From Burkholderiaceae bacterium (lineage in GTDB: Bacteria; Pseudomonadota; Gammaproteobacteria; Burkholderiales; Burkholderiaceae_C), in assembly GCA_044222685.1 (NCBI GenBank), contig JBGAMU010000011.1, positions 4,582 through 68,581 on the forward strand: a stretch of 64,000 nucleotides of DNA, in the 5' to 3' direction. Both the position numbers and the translations under genes were made by a program. The notes under the pieces were generated by a model. That model was given only the letters and a program-made list of their open reading frames with translations, was not told the origin of the DNA and searched no databases. This document shows positions 58,551-64,000 of the stretch, one piece after another. Position 1 is the stretch's first letter; the number at the start of each line of letters is the position of its first letter.

Positions 58551-58952
58551 ATGAAGCCCGCCTGGCCCTGCCTCATCGTCGTGGCGTTGCTGTGGTTTGG
58601 CGACGCCGGCGCCGGCGAGGTCATTGCCCACCCGACGGTGCACCTCAGCTCGAGCGATGTGCGCAACGTGTTTCTCGGCGAGAAGCAACTGATGGGTAGT
58701 CAGCGCCTGTTTCCGGTCGACAACTCGGCTCTTCAGACCGAGTTCCTGGCCAAGGTGCTGCAAACCGACGAGCGCAAATACTCCGCGCGCTGGATACGCA
58801 AGACCTTCCGCGAAGGACTGGTTGCGCCGATCGTGAAGGGGAGTGACGCGGAGGTCATCTCCTTCGTCCGATCGACGCCCGGCGCGATCGGCTACGTGAC
58901 GACAACCCCCGGCGAGGCAAACGGCACCGTGAAGGTGCTCGAGAAATTCTGA
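58551..58952 (+). CDS. small PstS-like (PBP-like) periplasmic protein
   Basis: Signal peptide; DVRNVFLGEK..., VRSTPGAIGYV. Only 133 aa, so roughly half a binding-protein fold. Confidence 0.55.
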   Translation: MKPAWPCLIVVALLWFGDAGAGEVIAHPTVHLSSSDVRNVFLGEKQLMGSQRLFPVDNSALQTEFLAKVLQTDERKYSARWIRKTFREGLVAPIVKGSDAEVISFVRSTPGAIGYVTTTPGEANGTVKVLEKF

Positions 58953-58978
58953 GATGCGCTGGCCAGTGGCAGGCCCGC

Positions 58979-59662
58979 CTATGGAGGGTCGAGCTGCGAA
59001 AGCGGCCCCAGCTGATAGCCGACGCCACGCACTGTCTGCACCAGCTTGTTGCCGAACTTGCGACGCAGGAAGTGAACGTAGACCTCGACCGCATTGCTGC
59101 CAACGTCCTCGCCCCAGCCGTAGAGCGCCTCCTCGAGCTGGGCACGGGTGACCACCTGACTCTTCTTGCGCACCAGCGTTTCCAGCAGCCAGTATTCCTT
59201 GTTCGTCAAGGCGACCGGTTTGCCGTTCCAGGTGGCACTCCGACGTGCGGGGTGCAACTTCAACGGACCGTGTTCTGCATCTTCTGAAAGTTCGGCTACC
59301 GACGATGCTCGACGCAGCACCGCCCGCACGCGAGCGCCCAGCTCGTCGAGGTCGACCGGCTTCGTCAGGTAGTCGTCGGCGCCGATATCCAGCAGGTTGA
59401 TTCGGTCCCGGACACCGCCGCGCGCGGTGACCACGATGATCGGCATGCCTGGCACGCGGCTGCGTATGCTCCTGAGCAGGGTCTCACCCGGGGTGTCTGG
59501 CAGGCCCAGGTCGAGCAGGACGCAGTCGTAGTCGTGCAGCAGCATCGCGGCCGCCATCGCCTCGCCGCAGTTCGCCCAGTCGGCGACATAACCCGTGCGC
59601 TCCAGCTCGCGCTGGAGCGCGCTCCCCACGAGGTCATCGTCCTCGATCACCAACACACGCAT
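58979..59662 (-). CDS. OmpR/QseB-family response regulator (no adjacent kinase)
   Basis: MRVLVIEDDDLVG..., VLLDLGLPD, IIVVTARG, DDYLTKPV, and RGVGYQL. Confidence 0.9.
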   Translation of the reverse strand: MRVLVIEDDDLVGSALQRELERTGYVADWANCGEAMAAAMLLHDYDCVLLDLGLPDTPGETLLRSIRSRVPGMPIIVVTARGGVRDRINLLDIGADDYLTKPVDLDELGARVRAVLRRASSVAELSEDAEHGPLKLHPARRSATWNGKPVALTNKEYWLLETLVRKKSQVVTRAQLEEALYGWGEDVGSNAVEVYVHFLRRKFGNKLVQTVRGVGYQLGPLSQLDPP

Positions 59663-59823
59663 ACTGCTTGTCCCGCGGGTGGAGTCCCACCGCCGGATTC
59701 TTCGTTTGATTGCCATCCATCATGCGGCAATCCTGTGCATGAAACGACCGGGACCCCGCGATCTGAGGGGCGCCGCGGGTTTGTCGACGTCGCAGATGCA
59801 ACCCGCGGATGCGGGGGTCGGCG

Positions 59824-60519
59824 CTACTTCACGACGCAGCGCTCGCCGGCCACGGCGACGATCGCTCCGTCCGGCGCCTCGATCCAGGCACGCGCCCTGA
59901 GACGCGCCGGCTGCGCCGTGTCGGGCCAGCGCAGCGCACGCAGCACCTGAACCCGGCCGTTGGACCGCAGCGCATCGAGATCGAGCGGGCCGGCCACCGT
60001 GCGCATCAGCTGGCGCGCCACGGGTGTGCCGTCCGTGCCGACCGGCACCACTTCCACCAGAGCCAGCCAGCCGGTGCTTCGCGCCGGCCATCGCCCTCGC
60101 GCGTCGATCTGCAGAGCGAAGTAGCCGTTCCAGGCGGGCCCAGAGGTCACACGCAACGCAGGGGCAGGGCGCGGCAGCGCGGTGCGCCGCAGCGACGGCC
60201 GGCTCGCGTCGATGGCGAATCCTTCGATGCGTTGGCTGCGCTGCCGGGCCTCGGGCGTTGCGGCGGCAGCCAGCGGTGCGTCGTCGCCTTGCGCTCCGGG
60301 AACGATCCAGTCGAACAACCACGCACTGCGCGGAGCAGGCATCGCCGGCGCGGTTGCCCAGCAATCGGCGCAATCGGCGTCGATGAAGCGTTCGATCACG
60401 GCGGTGGCGCCACTGGGACATTCCGCTGGTGGCGGCACACCCTGCGGCGCAGCGGCCACGATCGCGGTGAATGTCAACCCGAGCGTGACTCCTAGAATCA
60501 GTCGATGCATGAAGCGCAT
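59824..60519 (-). CDS. secreted hypothetical protein
   Basis: MRFMHRLILGVTLGLTFTAIVAAAP signal and a CPSG...DADCADCW cysteine cluster. Only the last ~231 codons of the 893-aa track ORF are credible. Confidence 0.5.
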   Translation of the reverse strand: MRFMHRLILGVTLGLTFTAIVAAAPQGVPPPAECPSGATAVIERFIDADCADCWATAPAMPAPRSAWLFDWIVPGAQGDDAPLAAAATPEARQRSQRIEGFAIDASRPSLRRTALPRPAPALRVTSGPAWNGYFALQIDARGRWPARSTGWLALVEVVPVGTDGTPVARQLMRTVAGPLDLDALRSNGRVQVLRALRWPDTAQPARLRARAWIEAPDGAIVAVAGERCVVK

Positions 60520-62898
60520 TCTCGCGGCAATCCGTTGCACGATGCCGCAGGCCCTGATGATGGCCTGCTCTCGAAATTGAATGACGAGCAGCGTGCCGCG
60601 GTCACGCTGCCGGCGGTGCCCGCGCTGATCCTCGCCGGCGCCGGCTCGGGCAAGACGCGTGTTCTCACCACGCGCATCGCCTGGCTGCTGTCCACCGGCC
60701 AGGTGTCGCCGGGTGGCGTGCTGGCCGTGACGTTCACCAACAAGGCGGCCAAGGAGATGCTGACGCGGCTGTCGGCGATGCTGCCGATCAACGTGCGCGG
60801 CATGTGGATCGGCACCTTCCACGGCCTGTGCAACCGCTTCCTGCGCGCGCACTGGAAGCTCGCGGGCCTGCCGCAGAGCTTCCAGATCCTCGACAGCGGC
60901 GACCAGCTGTCGGCGGTGAAGCGCGTGATCAAGGCGATGAACGTCGACGAGGACCGCTTCGTGCCGAAGCAGGTGAGCTGGTTCATCGCCGGCAGCAAGG
61001 ACGACGGCCTGCGCCCGAAGGACGTGCCGGTGAACGACCCGCACACGCGCAGGATGGTCGAGATCTTCCAGGCCTACGAAGACCAGTGCCAGCGCGAAGG
61101 CGTGGTCGACTTCGCCGAGCTGATGCTGCGCAGCTACGAGCTGCTGCGCGACAACGACGCCGTGCGCGAGCACTACCAGCGGCGTTTCGCCCACGTGCTG
61201 GTCGACGAGTTCCAGGACACCAACCGATTGCAGTACCAATGGCTGCAGATGTTCGCGCCGCCGCCCGGTCGGCTCGGACAGGGCGTGTTCGCGGTCGGCG
61301 ACGACGATCAGAGCATCTACGCGTTCCGCGGCGCGCTGGTCGGCAACATGGCCGACTTCGAGCGCGAGTACCGCGTGCCGCAGGTGATCAAGCTCGAGCG
61401 CAACTACCGTTCGTTCGGCAACATCCTCGACACCGCCAACGCGCTGATCTCGCACAACACGCGGCGCCTCGGCAAGAACCTGCGCACCGAGGCCGGCCCC
61501 GGCGAGCCGGTGCGTGTGGTCGAGGCCAACAGCGACTATGCCGAGGCGCAGTGGCTGCTCGAGGAGCTGCAGCAGCTGCACCGCGCCGGCACGCCGCGCA
61601 GCGAGCTGGCGCTGCTCTACCGCAGCAACGCGCAGAGCCGCGTGCTGGAGAGTGCGCTGTTCAACGCCGGTGTGCCGTACCGGGTGTACGGCGGCCTTCG
61701 CTTCTTCGAGCGCGCCGAGGTCAAGCACGCGCTGGCGTACCTGCGGCTGATCGAGAACCCGAGCGACGACACGTCCTACCTGCGGGTGGTGAACTTTCCG
61801 GCGCGTGGCATCGGCGCGCGCAGCATCGAGCAGCTGCAGGACGCCGCTCGGGTCAGCGGGCGCAGCCTGTACCAGAGCGCCGGCGCACTGACGGGCAAGG
61901 CCGGCAGCAACATCACCGCGTTCAATGCGCTGGTCGATGCGATGCGCGACGCGACGCGCGGCCTCACGCTGCGCGAGATCATCGAGCACGTGCTGCACGC
62001 GACCGGACTGATCGACTTCTATCGCACCGAGAAGGAAGGCGCCGACCGTATCGAGAACCTGGAAGAGCTGGTCAACGCCGCCGAAGCCTTCGTCACGCAG
62101 GAGGGCTTCGGCAAGGATGCGGTCGCGCTGCCGATCGACGAGACTGCCGGTGCCATCGCCGCCGGTGTGCCCGCCGCCGTGGCGGCGGCCGAGGTGACGC
62201 CGGACGCCGAGACCGGCGAGATCGTCTCGCCGCTGGCGGCGTTCCTCACCCACGCCGCGCTCGAGGCGGGCGACAACCAGGCGCAGGCCGGCGCCGACGC
62301 GGTGCAGCTGATGACGGTGCACTCGGCCAAGGGCCTGGAGTTCGATTGCGTGTTCATCACCGGCCTCGAGGAGGGCCTGTTCCCGCACGAGAACTCGCTG
62401 TCCGACGCCGACGGACTGGAGGAGGAGCGCCGCCTGATGTACGTGGCGATCACGCGGGCCAGGAAGCGCCTGTACCTCACCTTCAGCCAGACGCGGCTGC
62501 TGCACGGCCAGACCCGCTACAACGTCAAGAGCCGTTTCCTCGAAGAGCTGCCCGAGGGCGCGCTGAAGTGGCTGACGCCGCGCAACCAGGGCTTCGGCTC
62601 GGGCTTCGCCCGCCAGTACCAGGAGGCCTGGTCACGCGGCAGCGGGCTCGGCTCGATGATCGGCGCCGGGCGCGTCGAGGCGCGGCCGTCGGCGATGGAG
62701 CTCAACCGCAGCGTGACGGCGGGCGCGTCGGGGCCGTCGCTGCGCGTCGGCCAGAGCGTGTTCCACACCAAGTTCGGCGAGGGCGTGATCCTCACGCTGG
62801 AGGGCAGCGGCAACGATGCCCGGGCGCAGGTCAACTTCGGCCGTCATGGCGCCAAGTGGCTCGCACTCGGCGTCGCCAAGCTGACGCCGATCGTTTGA
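60505..62898 (+). CDS. uvrD: ATP-dependent DNA helicase UvrD/Rep family
   Basis: LNDEQRAAV..., ILAGAGSGKTRVLT, VDEFQDTN, and the LMTVHSAKGLEFD and YVAITRAR motifs. The true start is probably downstream of 60505. Confidence 0.95.
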   Translation: MHEAHSRGNPLHDAAGPDDGLLSKLNDEQRAAVTLPAVPALILAGAGSGKTRVLTTRIAWLLSTGQVSPGGVLAVTFTNKAAKEMLTRLSAMLPINVRGMWIGTFHGLCNRFLRAHWKLAGLPQSFQILDSGDQLSAVKRVIKAMNVDEDRFVPKQVSWFIAGSKDDGLRPKDVPVNDPHTRRMVEIFQAYEDQCQREGVVDFAELMLRSYELLRDNDAVREHYQRRFAHVLVDEFQDTNRLQYQWLQMFAPPPGRLGQGVFAVGDDDQSIYAFRGALVGNMADFEREYRVPQVIKLERNYRSFGNILDTANALISHNTRRLGKNLRTEAGPGEPVRVVEANSDYAEAQWLLEELQQLHRAGTPRSELALLYRSNAQSRVLESALFNAGVPYRVYGGLRFFERAEVKHALAYLRLIENPSDDTSYLRVVNFPARGIGARSIEQLQDAARVSGRSLYQSAGALTGKAGSNITAFNALVDAMRDATRGLTLREIIEHVLHATGLIDFYRTEKEGADRIENLEELVNAAEAFVTQEGFGKDAVALPIDETAGAIAAGVPAAVAAAEVTPDAETGEIVSPLAAFLTHAALEAGDNQAQAGADAVQLMTVHSAKGLEFDCVFITGLEEGLFPHENSLSDADGLEEERRLMYVAITRARKRLYLTFSQTRLLHGQTRYNVKSRFLEELPEGALKWLTPRNQGFGSGFARQYQEAWSRGSGLGSMIGAGRVEARPSAMELNRSVTAGASGPSLRVGQSVFHTKFGEGVILTLEGSGNDARAQVNFGRHGAKWLALGVAKLTPIV

Positions 62899-62963
62899 GC
62901 GCCCCAGGACCGGGCGAACCCGGCCCGTCCCCCGAGGGGGTTCAAGGCGCCCGGCGAAGCCGG

Positions 62964-63794
62964 TCACCTTGAGAGGGTCTCGGGCAGCGCCGTGGTGGGA
63001 GGCGCCTCGTCGCTGCCGAAGCAGTCGACGAAGGTGAACCACAGCGAGACGTAGAACGCGCCGGAGAACACCAAGCCGGCGGGCAGCCCGATCAGGCCGA
63101 CGAGCTGGCGCAGGCCAAGCAGGTTGAACAGCAGCGCGGCGACGATGCCGAAGACCGTGACGGCCGCGGTCCAAGCCAGGCTGTACAGCATGAAGGCGCC
63201 CTTGGCGCGCCACAACGCCACCGTGCTGGAGAACAGCGACTGGTTCGCCGACTGGCCGCCCCAGACGGCCAGCGCCGGTGCGTGCCAATACGGGATCGAC
63301 ACCAGCACCATCAGCGTGATGCGCATCAGCAGACCGCTCAGCAGCCGTGGATCGGACAGCGCCGCTTCGACCTCGGACGCCGGCACGTCGGGCTTGGCCA
63401 ACACCACTTGCAGCCTTTCGAAGGCGCCGCCGTCGACCCAGTGGCTCAGCATCAGCACCGCCACCGAGGCAATGCCGTAGCCGACACACAGCTTGATCAG
63501 CGCGCCGCGGCCCGGCGCGCCGGCCTTCAGCGGGGCGATGAAGAGCTGCGGGCCGAGGCTCTCGTTGCGCAGCGCGGCGCGCGACGCAGCCATGAAGCCG
63601 AGCGTCATCAGCGGCAGCGTGGCCAGGCCGATCACGCCGCCGACAACGGGAATCGACATCAGCAGCATCGCGCCGATCAGGAAGATCATGAACAGACCGG
63701 TGAACGCGAGCGGGCGGCGGAAGTACAGGCGCAGCCCATCGCGCATCCAGGTCCAGCCTTGGCGCGGCGCTACGACTTGAAGTTTGAGTCCCAT
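62964..63794 (-). CDS. polytopic membrane protein of unknown function
   Basis: MGLKLQVVAPRQGWTWMRDGLRLYFRRPLAFTGLFMIFLIGAMLLM...; several hydrophobic helices. Confidence 0.6.
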   Translation of the reverse strand: MGLKLQVVAPRQGWTWMRDGLRLYFRRPLAFTGLFMIFLIGAMLLMSIPVVGGVIGLATLPLMTLGFMAASRAALRNESLGPQLFIAPLKAGAPGRGALIKLCVGYGIASVAVLMLSHWVDGGAFERLQVVLAKPDVPASEVEAALSDPRLLSGLLMRITLMVLVSIPYWHAPALAVWGGQSANQSLFSSTVALWRAKGAFMLYSLAWTAAVTVFGIVAALLFNLLGLRQLVGLIGLPAGLVFSGAFYVSLWFTFVDCFGSDEAPPTTALPETLSR

Positions 63795-63823
63795 GGGGTG
63801 GTGTCGAGATGCCTTCAGCGCGG

Positions 63824-64000
63824 CGGATGCCACGGGGTGGCGATGCGTTGGCGCAGCAGCCGCTCGAAGTGTGCCGGATCCTTGGGCTGCAGCACCGCGG
63901 CCTCGCGCGGCAGGTGCAGATCGGCCAGCCGTGACAGCCAGAAGCGCAGCGCGGCGGCACGCAGCAGGGCGGGCAGCAGGCGATGCTCCAGCGCCGTCAG
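63824..64000 (-). CDS. 3' end of an unidentified gene running off the window
   Basis: My minus-strand translation gives ...[61 protein letters not shown]-stop. Confidence 0.3.

Noticed and set aside
60520-62505. Upstream ~660 codons of the 893-aa minus-strand ORF 59824-62505.
   Set aside because: This part is antisense to uvrD. Only the 3' ~231 codons (from the signal peptide MRFMHRLILG...) look like a gene.

Overview
This is a visibly very GC-rich proteobacterial chromosome segment. Gene content suggests a Gram-negative betaproteobacterium of the Burkholderiales type, but that is inference only, since no search was possible. I found no rRNA, tRNA, CRISPR array, transposase or integrase. Many long ORFs in the track are antisense artefacts of the GC content. 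Housekeeping genes flank the window: galU, valS and guaC on the left, uvrD on the right.

The central ~47 kb looks accessory and holds three adjacent modules.

(1) A ~16.8 kb minus-strand gene train (23849 to 7075), in transcription order:
- a His-rich inner-membrane protein
- a 24-haem cytochrome built from c7-type triads
- a 27-haem cytochrome with two extra atypical sites and tandem 5-haem modules
- a 914-aa outer-membrane barrel with a SPOR-like, Pro/Ala-rich and TPR N-terminus
- a complete System I ccmABCDEFGHI set
- a membrane-tethered ferredoxin-flavoprotein, followed by an intrinsic terminator

(2) A plus-strand operon (26597 to 42377):
- a 2188-aa secreted giant protein (beta-helix, IPT and DUF11-like regions)
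- three multicopper-oxidase paralogues whose copper ligands are split between two polypeptides
- a lipoprotein and an S8 protease
- an SCO1 copper chaperone
- a cytochrome c / periplasmic-binding-protein fusion

(3) A convergent minus-strand atypical type II secretion cluster (53439 to 42401):
- a lytic transglycosylase, then GspG, GspF and GspE
- L/M/C-like assembly proteins
- a secretin with an N-terminal TPR region
- extra GspG-like pseudopilins
- a translationally coupled LuxR-type regulator

To the right (53.6-59.7 kb) sit OmpR-type regulators, a histidine kinase lacking its G1/F boxes, a second SCO-like protein and a porin.

My main hypothesis is that the three modules form one extracellular electron-transfer or metal-oxidation system: a porin-cytochrome conduit, a secreted split copper oxidase, and a private secretion machine. 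All functional calls rest on motifs read from the translations. No homology search, HMM or structure prediction could be run. Internal start codons were chosen by me and may be off.
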